64,000 nucleotides of DNA from Octopus sinensis (lineage: Eukaryota): contig NW_021833258.1 of assembly GCF_006345805.1 (NCBI RefSeq), positions 84,239 through 148,238 on the forward strand, written 5' to 3'. The notes under the pieces were generated by a model that was not told where the DNA came from, did no database searches, and saw only the letters and a program-made list of their open reading frames with translations. This document shows positions 37,070 through 49,189 of this stretch, piece after piece (within the stretch, counting starts at the first letter, position 1; each line of letters starts with the position of its first letter). A program made the translations under genes and the position numbers.

Positions 37070-37400
37070 GAATATTGTTATTCCACTGTCGAACATTGGC
37101 ATCGTCGTCCTGTCTAAAAATTAATTTGACGCTGAGACCTTAAAAGCACAGTCGTTCAGACATTGACCACCGAATATCTTCTAAGGTTAATTAAATCCGT
37201 AATGTATCTATCCCTACATCTCCTTGCAATGATTAGCGTAATTGAAGGCTTTGTAGACAATAATTTTTTCGACTAATAATATTTACTGAAAAGAGTTATT
37301 ACCTGACAGAAAGCACAAAGCGGAATCATTTTAGAGATTTCTTCTCTATTCAATCCATAATTGAGATTTCTTAATATTGAAAATAGCCGGTCTCTCCCAA
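37070..37400 (-). mobile_element. Ginger-family C-terminal fragment
   Basis: Carries the same 25-nt intron (37114-37138) as the 20045-20435 fragment, followed by QDDDANVRQ. Confidence 0.7.
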
Positions 37401-37609
37401 AGTGGTTATGTTCCGCCTAACTTTTATTTTTTTTCAGCTATTTGTGACAAGTGTAGATTATTCGGCGTGTATTTTATTCGGACTGTGACATTTTATCATA
37501 AATGATCGAATTGGTGATTCTTTTTGTTTCTACAACTACAAAAACTACATTAACCAATTGTGAAATGTCAAAAGGCAATATCTCCAGAAACAAAATTTAA
37601 CTTAAGCTA

Positions 37610-38700
37610 GACTATTTAATTTAGATTCTCAGTCCCGATTATTGGGAATCTCTCTGCTCCTTTTAGAAGAAAAGTTTTCAATCAGTTTCTCCACACTCTC
37701 CATCTCTTCGTCAGATAGATTTTCTGTTTGTCTCATATCTTTCACCGGCGTGTCACGGCAGCATGCCACTTCTGCAAGCTGGTAAGCAGCAGAGGTGTAT
37801 TCTTCGGCAGATACTCTCACTCCATGTCTGTGTTCAACTACCATGCTTTCTAGAGTCCTTTTTAGAACAACAGACTGAATATAAGTTCTTGTGGCTTTTT
37901 CAATTGATAATTTGTACATATAGTTTTTGAAGTATCTTGAAACAACGTCATCCCACTTCAAGACAACCGGGATAATCTTTACCTTTGCATCATAAAGTAT
38001 TGAAAGTTTGTTTGCGAGCAGATCATATTTATGAAATTTTTCGATTTCGACTTGTTTGAGGCGATCTTGTGAAGAGATGTAATTTCGATTAAGGTCATCT
38101 CTTGCTTAGTTTTGTCATACACGAAGATATCTGGTTTGTTGGATTGAACTTTAGTTTCCGTCATAATACATATAGACTCGGATTTCAGCATTCTGAGTCG
38201 ATATTATGGACTGAACAGAATGTGCCTTTAATTTCCTTCCTCTCTTAATCCCGTAGGTTTGGCACAAATGAAGGTGAATGCACTTCACAACTTCATTGTC
38301 TCTTTGCAGATAATCACTGTTTAACATCTTCCCGCACTGCGTGCCAAATGATCAACTGTTTTCTTGCATTTTTTGCAGTGACTGCATAAAGATCCCATGG
38401 ATGTGAAAAACAAATTCCTATCCTGCAAGAGATAGTACAGTGCTTTACCCCGTGGGCCATTATTTCCTTTAGATACCACTCTGAGGACGTAGCTAGATCA
38501 GCATTTTGTTCGTCCATGCATTTGAATAGCACCGAATGCAGCATTTTACAATTAATGTTCTTAAGCAAATATTTTCTTTGGGCATCTTTGATAAACTCAA
38601 CACCTAAATTCTCCATGTCAAGAATTGCATACTTGGAGGCGAGAAATCCTGCCATATGCCATTTATTTGTGTGTATCACACGCAGGATCCCCGATCGCCG
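37610..38700 (-). mobile_element. R4/Dong-like retrotransposon 3' region
   Basis: LQDRNLFF...CSHCKKCKKTVDHLA; QSNKPDIFVYDK...TLIE; VKIIPVVLKWDDVVS...TYIQSVVLKRTLESMVVEHRHG. Confidence 0.88.
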
Positions 38701-40386
38701 TAAGCATACTGCCGACTGTCTTTCTAAACTTTTCAGGAACTGGAAGAGTATCAGTTCACTTATGAAAGAAACTGAAGCAAGTTGTCTCCCAAAAGATTTC
38801 CGATTTAAATATAATTTAAATATTTGCAGGTTTTAGATGGAGTCTGAGAGTCGTAAGAAGTTGTCGTATTTGACGGCCAATACAATCAAAAGGCAATAAT
38901 TTATTTTTCTACAAAATTTAAAATGTTCGTTGCGCTCTTCAAAATTGAATTTATAAAACAGACGGAACTGTTAATTCAAATATAACAAGACTTAAGATAT
39001 ACAAAATTTTTAAATTTCTGTTTATAATTGTCAATATATTTTGTAGTGACTGTTATGGTTCCTTGATGTATATCATGAATGATACTTTTCATGATCTGGT
39101 ATTATTAAATACAGTGTAATGACTTAATTAAATTGATTTTTTACAACAGGTGATTCCTTAGCTGCCTGGAATTGCAATATTTTAGTCGTTCGGCATTTTT
39201 GACTTATTTAAGTTTGTCTGTATTTTTAACTATAAAAATTTTAGTTTGTTGCCGAAGTACAAAACGTTTCGTCCGTTTATAAACATTCAATACAAAATTT
39301 ATTTTGAAAGGTTTATAATGTGCCTCCAAATTGATGAATCACTGCCAATATCGTATTTATTTCGATCTTCAAGTGTAGACTACTTGGAGGCAAGAATGCT
39401 TGATTTATGCTAGAGTATGTCCATATCTATTTAATAGCCTAGTAGTGATTCTGAGTGGCGGCTGTATGCCGGAACTTTCACATCGACCACTTATCCAAGC
39501 ATGAGTACCTTCCATACGATGAAGACAACGCCGTATATTAGATACTAAGAAATGACACAAATATTAACATTCTTTCTTCTAATACTAATATTCATTTCTG
39601 TACTTAATATAGCTCATTTCCGTTATTGAATTCTTTGTCTGTCAATTCAGTTTTTTGCAAAGTTTAATATTTTGCCTCAATTTTTATTCAAACCTTTCTA
39701 CCCATTTAAGTGAGCGACTTCGTCTAAGATACTCGAATATTGTGGATTAGTGTATTCTAAAGGAACTTCATCATCATTATTGCTAAAACCACCAGAAAAC
39801 CAAAGCTATGTGCCGACTGAGTCATTTTTATATTACTTATGCAAGCTTGCAATGAGTCGAATGTGAGGGATAACGTGATATGTTGAGATATCAGGAAATG
39901 ACACAAATATGACCATTCTTTGTGTATTATTAATATTCATCCTCCTAATTAATTAAGATATTTATGTTCTCAACTAAGAAATTATCTCCAGAATAGTGAG
40001 GTATTCCTTCGAGGCGAGTAGTCTCGTCAGTAAGAAAGAAAATGTATAAAAAGTGCACATTCCGTTCAGTGCAATTAATTGAAAAACAAATAAAAATTAA
40101 ATCAGTCTTGTATTAGTAGCAACTTCTTGGGTGAAAAAACCAAAATGGACGCCGAATGAATAAATCCGTCAAGAAATAAAGTGAACGAGTGATAGTTTTG
40201 TTGCAAGACTTTCCTCCACTCTTGGGTGGAGATTGGGGTTACCAGGATGATAAAATCAGCAGAACAAGTCAATCGGATTTTGATGATTTTGGCCAAGAGA
40301 AAAAAATTGCTTTTTAAAACTATTGTTGTGTTAATATTTTTAGCAAAATTCTTTATTAATCAAGGAAATCATTAAATTAATAACAT

Positions 40387-40705
40387 TTATTTTAAATTCT
40401 TTTTTCTAAATAGTTTCTCCAATTCTGATTCTTGGTTGAGTTTCCTCTCCTCCTCGGCATACTTAATTATAAGTAGAACGATACATATTCCATAAGTTTT
40501 GACCTTTTCGCAAACATTGCTGCGACTTCCGGGTCAACTGCCGCTTTTTTATCTTCGTTCTTAGCTTTGTTCAGTTTTTTCAATTCAAAATGTTTATCCA
40601 ATTCAGTTTTGGAAGAGTTGACTCCACTCGTACGTTAAATGATTAATTCTACGTTTTAACTGACACTTTAATTTCGGATTTTAAATCTTTCGGTAGGTGT
40701 GCCAT
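40387..40705 (-). CDS. 89-aa coiled-coil protein, possibly FAM107-like (3 exons)
   Basis: ATG at 40705; GT-AG introns 40652-40627 (26 nt) and 40484-40462 (23 nt); TAA at 40389-40387. The spliced 270 nt is fully open: MAHLPKDLKSEIKVSVKTGVNSSKTELDKHFELKKLNKAKNEDKKAAVDPEVAAMFAKRSKLMEYYAEEERKLNQESELEKLFRKKNLK. Family call from remembered similarity only. Confidence 0.62.
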
Positions 40706-40865
40706 TAAAAGTGTTTTTTATTTGAATAATTTATTATTTAAAAAATTATAATATTTATTAAATTATATATTGAATAATTGCTATGATAGAAATTTTTTTT
40801 AATGAGATAGATTAATTAAATTAATTGGAGCAAATTAAGATAGGAATGAACTAAAAAGGAATCTC

Positions 40866-40932
40866 AGAGGGGCTAAAGCACGCGCCCTCCTGCGGTAAGT
40901 ACCGCATGCGTGTTGCCACGGAGAATGGCAAT
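40866..40932. other. GC-rich structured island (candidate ncRNA or regulatory element)
   Basis: Perfect hairpin TGCGGT-AAGT-ACCGCA; stem GCACGC/GCGTGT; possible pseudoknot GGGGC/GCCCT; second hairpin TTGCCA-CGGAGAA-TGGCAA. Flanks are very AT-rich. Confidence 0.3.
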
Positions 40933-41169
40933 GAAGAAATTATTAAATATTGATATAAATTTTTTTTTGATAGAAATTATCAAATATTTTAGAATAACAA
41001 TTAATGTGTCATGTTTCACAGTATATTCTCAATTGAAATTAAATTTATTGAAAAACCTAATTTAAATTAAGTAATTCTTTAAAAATTGTTGTGTTAAGTC
41101 ACAATCGTTATAGATCACAAATTGACAAAAATATGACAAGTAGAATCATTATAATTAAAGGTCATATTC

Positions 41170-41440
41170 TATCGTGAATAGAAAGAATAACATCCAAATT
41201 TTACAAGCACTACCAAAACTCCCTAGAGTCCATGATTCAACGCGTACATATGTTCAGACGGTCGTGATCAAAAAAACACTGAAGAGCATGCGTCCGGAGT
41301 ACAAACTCTTATCTACAACGGCGAAAAATGCAATCAATGAACGACTAAGTGAAGGAAGCAGCTACCACGAGACACCAGAAGAACCTTTCAAGGATACCGA
41401 TGCTGTATTCCGGCCCGAGAAGGAAGCTCGAACCAAAGTT
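41170..41440 (+). mobile_element. R4-like C-terminal scrap
   Basis: TRTYVQTVVIKKTLKSMRPEY. Confidence 0.6.
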
Positions 41441-43037
41441 ATCATAAGATATTTTTTCCACTTCAATGAATTTGCTAATTTGAATTTAAATAATTATTTT
41501 ATCAAGTTAATAAGGATATAATGATGACGGAGTTAGACATTGAATATATATTCGAAACGTACTAGTTTATCAAAACCATAATGACCATAATTTTACAGTT
41601 TTCGACGACCTATTTATTTATGCGAAACAAGTTTTTCTACGCAGCATAATATGAAATATAACAAACGTGAAAGCTTGAGATCATTGATGCTAAAATGCGG
41701 GTGGATTTGTCAACTATTCAATTTGATATTGACGATATATGCAGCCACAATAATTATTAAGATTTCATTTTTGTTATTAATAAAAATTTGGGCAGTAAAT
41801 TACCAATTTTTATACTTAGTTTTAACATCTTAAAAATTTGATATTTTTATTATTTAATGTGTGCCGTGGATTATTTTTTTACTTTTAGTTTTTACTTTTT
41901 CAAGTAAGACGTTTTCAACAAGTCAATTCCTCTGTTTTTGAGTTATTTTTTATTTTATTTTTATGGAAAAAAGAGTTGTTTGTTGAGGACCTGACTGTCC
42001 ACGTCGTTGCTATAATCGGAATCAAAGTCGAATAAAAAATATTTTGAATTTAATTTTCTTAGTTCTATTTCATAATTTGATTTGGCATGACTATATTACA
42101 GTCTATAAATATTTTAAGAAATTATTAATTGCACTACATGACTAAAAATGTGAGTCCTCGGAGATCAGTTAAGTAGAAGGTGACTATGTCGTGATAAGAT
42201 TCATAGAGGTGCATAAACTTAAACTTATTAAAAAATAAATTAATTCCAAAAACGGAAAAAAGCAAATTAAAAACAAAATTAGTCATAATAATCATAAAGT
42301 ATTGTTGTTTCTTGGTCTGTATTGAGAAGAGTTTGTTTTAAGGAGTTCTCCTCGAAACAATACAATGAATCAACTGTATAGAATTCATCCGTTTTTTTCT
42401 TTATTTTAAGATTACTTCAAGATTTAATGAGCGCCGATAAAGTATTTATATAGTTAATTAGGGGTGGTTTATGTTCGCTGTTGTAATTTTTTTTCAATAC
42501 CTTCTCTTTCTTTCTTGTAAGCAATATTTTGTGAAATACAATTGTTTAGTAATTAATGATTAATTTGTTATTTACGACTTGCCTTTTTTAATTTACTGTT
42601 TTCAAAAAATATAATTAGACTAAACTAAGTTAACATAGATTCAGATCATTCGAATAATTCATTTTAATTCATTTTTTTGATAATTTAGATAAATTTATTT
42701 TTGCTTGGAACTTTTGTAATTCTGATTGTTTATTGCTATTGATTTAGTATTCATTACATCTTTTTAAATAAATAATATCCAAATATATTTTATAATCTGG
42801 CATGAAAATTGGAATCATTCTCGAATGGAATTAATATTGATTGTAAAACAGAATCATTATGGAGTCATAATCTAGTTTCTTTTTTTAATTATATAATTTG
42901 ACCAGTTAATAACCGAATTTGATTATGTTTGTATCTTACAAACTCTTTGATTATTAAAAATATTAGAATTTTAAAAAAATGGTTTTTGTGTCAATAAGTT
43001 GCACAGATCACAAAATTAACTTTATATTATCCAAAAA

Positions 43038-44254
43038 CCTGGAAAACCAAATACGCAGGCAGGAAGTTATGGGCCAATTAGCCTTATCTGCACAACGTCG
43101 AGGATAATGGAAAGAATTATTTTCAATCGTTTATCGGCTTACGTGGAACAAAATAATATACTCGCGGAGGAACAGTGGGGTTTTAGACCTGGTCGATCAA
43201 CCGGTCACTGTTTCTCGCTTCTTGAGGAAGAACTGACTCGGGCCAAACAACATAAAGCCTGCATAACGGTGGTCTGCCTGGACGTCTGCAAGGCCTTTGA
43301 CAGTGTCTGGCACTTGGGGTTGTTAGATAAAGTAGCGGAGTTGGGTGCTGGGCGAAAAACTGTCGGATGGCTTAAGGACTTCTTGTGCGAGAGAAAATCG
43401 TTCATTCGTTGTGGAAATTTGCTATCGAAGGCCGTGAATCTGAGGAGAGGTGTTCCTCAGGGATCGGTTCTCAGCCCCTTGCTCTTTAATATATTTCTGG
43501 CCGACGTCCCGAAACCACATTTTCCTACGAGCAAACTAATTATCTACGCAGACGATATCTTGGTTACGGATGTCTCGATGTGGGGACCCCGACACAGAAG
43601 AAGGCTGTCCTGGAGCAGACTAGAACCGTACTTGGAGGAACTTGAAATCTGGTGCAATGGTAAAGGCTTGAATCTCGCTCTGGACAAAAGTACCATTTGT
43701 TGGATTTCAATGGGTCGTGACAAAAAACCGACTTTCGAGGATTATGGGAACCTGATTATATCGAAGAACCTACGTTACCTGGGAGTAACTATAGACCCCA
43801 CCGGGCCATACAAACCCCATGTGCATGCAAAGCGGAAACAAGGAGCGAAAATCCTAAAAGGACTGAGGCGTTTTTGTCTAAGCGCAGAAACGTTTCTACA
43901 CATCTACCAGACTTGTGTTCAGCCACTAATAATCTATGGCTCGGAGGGCTGGTACCAAACTGATGAAAGGGACCTTCTAATCGCCAAACTCGAAAAAACC
44001 AGACGATTTGCCATCAAACTGGCATTCGGCCTGGAGCTCAGCAGTCCGCTGGAAGACCTGCATGAGCGGAGTGTTGACACGATTGACGCGATCCTGGCAA
44101 AAACTCGAACTCGCTGAGGGAGATAAGACAGTCTCGTGGGGCAAAACCGAAGTTGAGACCTTCGTGGCTCTCGTTATCAAGCCCCCTAAGCTCTAATTCC
44201 TCGGCCACTTTTCTTTTGGACCTATTGTAATAAATAAACCATATTCATTCATTC
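43038..44254 (+). mobile_element. Young 5'-truncated APE-type LINE with an open RT ORF
   Basis: 336-aa ORF (QWGFRPGRST, LDVCKAFDSV, GVPQGSVLSPLLF, YADD, YLGV); aataaa plus (CATT)n tail; 12-bp TSD ATTATCCAAAAA at 43026-43037 and 44255-44266. Confidence 0.92.
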
Positions 44255-44619
44255 ATTATCCAAAAAGATAGAGCTTACATTTCGGCCCTTTTTCATGGTC
44301 ATAAAACATTCGATAACGAGCATTCCAACAATGATCGAGAAATTTAACCCCCAATAGAGACTTTTTCCAGAGTTTTCTTAAGGAAGAATGAATGGATATA
44401 AGAATATATGCACTCATATATACCAGATTCGTAAGTATCACATTTAGTGATCAAACATTTAAACTAATATTCAATTGAAATTGCTTAATTAGAGTCAACT
44501 AAATTATTTAAACTAGATCTTCATAATCTAGATTCATTTATAAAGAAAAGAAGTAGAAAGAGCACTAATTACCCATAATATTATTATTTCTCTTAAAAAC
44601 TCACTCAATTCAATCTTTT

Positions 44620-45135
44620 TTCGCCAATAAAGTTGTGGAAATTCGAGTGGACACAACTATTTCTACGGATACGGCTGTTTCAAATAATAAACCAAATATT
44701 TTTGTCCACGACAAGATGAGGAATACAATTAAACTCATTGAAGCTGGGATTACTTCACAAAATTGTCTAAAGCAAGTTGAAGTGGAAAAGTTCCACAAAT
44801 ATGACCTTTTGGCAAATGAATTAGGGGCGATTCATCGGGCTAAAGTGAAGATAATCCCTGTTGTACTTACTTGGGATGGAATTTTCTCAAGATTCTTCAA
44901 AAGTCATCTGGATTCCATGGAAGAAAGAGTGAAGACATATATCCAAACACTCGTTTTAAGAAAAACATTGGAGTGTATGCAGGTGGAGACAAGACATGGA
45001 ATATCGGTTCCCGAAGAGGAGCATGCAGTGATTGAGTGTCAATTGAAGGATTCTTCTGAATCAGGAATACGAGTGGACGAGGACCTCTATGTACCGACTA
45101 TGATAGTTGGGCATAAGAGACGAAGATTGTCCTAA
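44620..45135 (+). mobile_element. R4-like restriction-like endonuclease C-terminus
   Basis: VEIRVDTTISTD...NKPNIFVHDK...LIEAGIT...EKFHKYDLLANEL...IIPVVLTWDG. Confidence 0.88.
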
Positions 45136-45877
45136 AAAGAATATAGATGCTTAAAAAATGCTATTATAAATTTTTATTACTCAATAAACCGGATTATTAT
45201 TTCTCAATATTCTTCATGAATTATATTAAACTTATTTAATCCAAAAAAAGTCAATTCATATATTTAAACCACATCATTAAAATAACTTTCCAAAACATTC
45301 TTGTCAATTATAATTATCATTTTGATAAATCACCACATCGATAAAATAAAGTTCATCATTCAGTAAACAAATTTTCTCCCATAAATATTTTGACACAAAT
45401 GAATAATTCAGTGTCTAATAATTCACAATGTTCTGTAGGCCAAAAGGCAACGAAAATTTAAAAAAAAATTGTTTATGAACTAGCATTAAGCAAATGAAAA
45501 ATTTGTTACTGTAATGTAAAGTAAATCTTTTAAAAATTAATTTATTCACAGCATGTATTATTTTTTAAATTATTACTCATCCTCATCGATCATTAATAAC
45601 AGTCTACATCACAAATTTTATTTTATTGTTATACCTACTTTATATAAACCCCAAATTGACAAAAAGTATAACAAAAACAATTCTCTAATCGACACTAAAA
45701 ACTTACCTTTTTTACAATCCTCCTTCTAAGCTATAATTAGTAACTAAATAATAAAATCCTCTTCTATTTCAAAGTTATCCTTAACTTCTAAAAAAGGCCT
45801 AATTAAACCAATAACTCAATCCAAAACATATTTGATTAAAAAAGTGAATAAAAGATGAATAAATAAAACAAACAACG

Positions 45878-46396
45878 TCAAATTGTTGCCCTACAATATG
45901 GACAGGATAATTGAACAGTCGGACATGCAGACAACCATTTTTTAATACAAGAATAATGAAACACGTGTCCACATTTAAGTACGCACACATTTGAAGTGGA
46001 TTTATAATCTATAAGACAAATAGAACAAGAATTTTCATCCTCGTAATTCACAAGTTGGCTAAAAATGATCTTTTTGATTTCATTTCCCGGGTATTCTGTC
46101 ATTTCGTCCGAACGAATTTTAAGAATAAAAGGCAAATTTTCCACGTGTCTTTGATCGACGGTCGAATAGTCGGACACTGCGAGATTTGGAAGGATTATTG
46201 GAGTATAAACGTAATAAACTGGATAGGAATTCGCATAACGAGTGTAAAAGCCACGAATTGAGGTAGTGCTACGTGATATTAAACCTGACTCATAATCTCT
46301 ATGGTTGTATTAAGAGTTTTGAGGGAACCTTGATAGATCGTGAAGAAATTGGGAGACAGCATCGTTAGAAAGAGGAGTAAAACGGTGACGAGGCAT
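45878..46396 (-). CDS. RING-H2 E3 ubiquitin ligase, 162 aa, 2 exons
   Basis: CSIC...CVLKCGHVFHYSCIKKW...CPYC (C3H2C3). ATG at 46396. A 30-nt GT-AG intron (46328-46299) removes the only in-frame TAA. Confidence 0.85.
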
Positions 46397-47639
46397 GACA
46401 CGTGAATATGACAACAAAAACAAATTTGAGATTCTTTATTTTTATATATTTATAAATTGCTTCTCCAAAAAATATTTTGAATTTAAATATTAATAAACTT
46501 TTTATTAAATTAAATATAATAAAATATGGCATAGAATTTAATTTTAAAATGGTAGATTCATTAAATAAGAGAATTTTGTGGTCACTCATACTATTGAGTA
46601 AAATTCTGATTCTAATTTTTAATTATGCTGTTTTTATCTTTCTATGATGAAAAAGGCCGGCAGTGAAAAGACAATCAGCAAAATGACTAGAATCATTATC
46701 GACTTTAAATTTGAAAATTATAAACCGTGGAACTAAATAAGAGCTACTCGACAAAATTGTATCTACAACTATATTTTTAAAGAAGATTGAAGGAGAGCTC
46801 CCAAAATAGTGGAATATGGTTTTGATATTATTTTCGTCGTGAGAGGACAGTCCGGAAGAAGCCCAGTCAAATATTTTAGCAGTCCAGTTAGCAGAGAAAT
46901 TATGCCCACACAGTTAATCAATATAAATGCCAAATTTGTCCATCATCAGAAAAAACTGGCGATCGGAATGTCTGAGTATTCTGGCCAAAACTGAGAAAAG
47001 AAAGCGGAATTGCTTTGGAAGGTTGACTAATGAATGTAGATTGAAAAGAAAAAGCTTGGAAATAACAAATAATTCACAAAAAAACAGATAAAATATTTAA
47101 ACTAAAAACATCCAGAATATTGACAGCAAAGAAGTAATTATCAGTGTATAGAGAAATGTGCAATCTCCACAGAACTCTGCGAATTTTGGAGAGGATTGTA
47201 CTGTTTTCTTGCCTGTCCTTTCTAGAGTGTGCTTGAAGGACTTGGGGGAAGGCTTTGCACTGCTTTTGGCACGTGGAGAGATTTTGCAGAGAAGGAACTT
47301 GGGGATAAGAAAATTCTAGAATTTTCGATTGAATTCTATGAGAGAAATAGTTAAAAAACATTTTTTTGTTTTTTTGGGCTAAATATGTAAACTATAAGAA
47401 AAAATTGTATGTTAATATTTTTAGTTTAATATTATAAAAAATTGTATATTAAAAATGCAATTATTTAATCGTTTTAATTTATAAAGGGAATATTTTGATC
47501 GACATTTGTGTTTATGTGGCGCATTTGAGCTTTCAATCGAAAACACTTACATATTAAATTATCAATAAACAAATAATGAACAGTAAATATTTAAACGAAT
47601 AAAAATATTACATAAAATTCCTCAAAAATCAGATTATCA

Positions 47640-49130
47640 TCATTTGTTCCTACCAAGAAGCCAATCTCGTATCCAACCTATTAAAACTTAAGGCAATCAT
47701 AGAGTGGATGCCTGGAAGAGTATGCCTGGAGGGGATTGTACCGACTAGCCCGAGAAAGGACGTTTGAACATATCAAAAATTGATACTCTATCCTCCTCAT
47801 TACTCAGATAGACACTTTGATAAGTTGCGTCTTTTCTACCTTCCAACAATATTTTATGGAAAATAGTATTAGATGTAGTATATGCTCTATTACGTAATAC
47901 AGCCCTCGACTAGTCTCCCTCGACCACTTGGTGGAGTTACTATCACAATCCCCCAACACAATACTCCGACTTTATTACATTCGGGAATGTGTCCAGATAT
48001 TTCTTGGACTGGATACATGCCAGATGATCTCTGCGTCCTCTCTGTTTGATAACGAGACCCTCGACTTGTTTAGAGACAATGTTGATTTACTAACTTATTA
48101 AAGCTTTCGTGTGTTGGAATTGAGGAAATGACTCAACCCGCTCTAAGTCTGATCAATTTGTTATGTCAACGCATTTTGATCTCGACAGTGCCTCCAGAAG
48201 TGACTTCCTTGGTGTATTTTGGTTAGTTTGATAAGATTGTGTATGCCTTGTGGAATGTCGCCCTTAACTCTGTGAATAATCATGATTGGTTGCAGGCGAA
48301 TGCTATTCTGAGTGATATTTACCTGAGCTGTTGATTTGCTTATTCCATTATAGACGGCCGTGGTTCACTCGACTGGGAGGAGAAGGATAATGGACGTTCT
48401 CAATGAGTTCGAATTTGTGAGTGTCCATTCACCCTTAAATGAGTAGGTCAATTCACCAGTCTGCAACTGCAATTTTAATTTGGAGAAATTTGACAAAGTT
48501 GGGCGGCTTGTGGCATTACTCGATGAACATTTGAACCTGTTTAAGAGGAGATACGCCTACCAGTTGAAATTGATCGAAATTGACTATAAAAGTCATTGGC
48601 CGCCTGCCGTCTCCGTCAAGAGTCCTACAATCAGGCTGAGATTGCAATATGATAATCACTACGCCAGGTTTCCCTTCCCCAAATGAGATTAGGCCACGGT
48701 TATGATTCCAGTCACGGCTACGGTGGGGGAATTGAGAGCAGATATAATTAATTTGTGGAATTCATATGAGCACTCAATGTCCTCGTCCAGAATTGGTTGT
48801 GTTGTTCTCAATTAGATTTAAGCGTCCGTTGCAAGAACTGTCAGAACAATTTTGTCTAACATATTATTTGTTTTGAACATAAAAGGGTGCCAAGTCCCTT
48901 TTTCTGATGACGACAAGACAATCAAGCATCTTGGTCTAGTCCATGATGAGGTTGCGTTTGATTCTGACTTTAGATAATCACTATTTCCCCATTTATTGGG
49001 AGGTTTGACTGGAAATCCCTCTCAATGAACCAAGTTCCCACTTCCTGTCTGCCGGAAATCCCGAAGGATAAAAATCCATGATAACTGTGGGGGATCGAAT
49101 CGAACAATTTATAGACTTGATCGCCATTAT
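47640..49130 (-). mobile_element. Decayed LINE (APE to RT start)
   Basis: Raised GC with weak APE/RT-like motifs (LLTET..GG; SGL.G.IPSR) in broken frames. Confidence 0.4.
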
Positions 49131-49189
49131 TTCCAAATTTTCTAAATCAGTTGTGAATTAGATTAATTAATTAAGACGGAGTATAATTG

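Noticed and set aside
38860-39960. Possible host gene fragments, including a ~45-bp imperfect repeat at ~39550 and ~39896
   Set aside because: No frame or microintron combination gave a recognisable protein.
40866-40932. Assignment as U1, SRP Alu domain, or an HDV/twister/pistol ribozyme
   Set aside because: Only short partial matches; required flanking domains and invariant catalytic nucleotides are absent. Kept only as an unassigned structured island.
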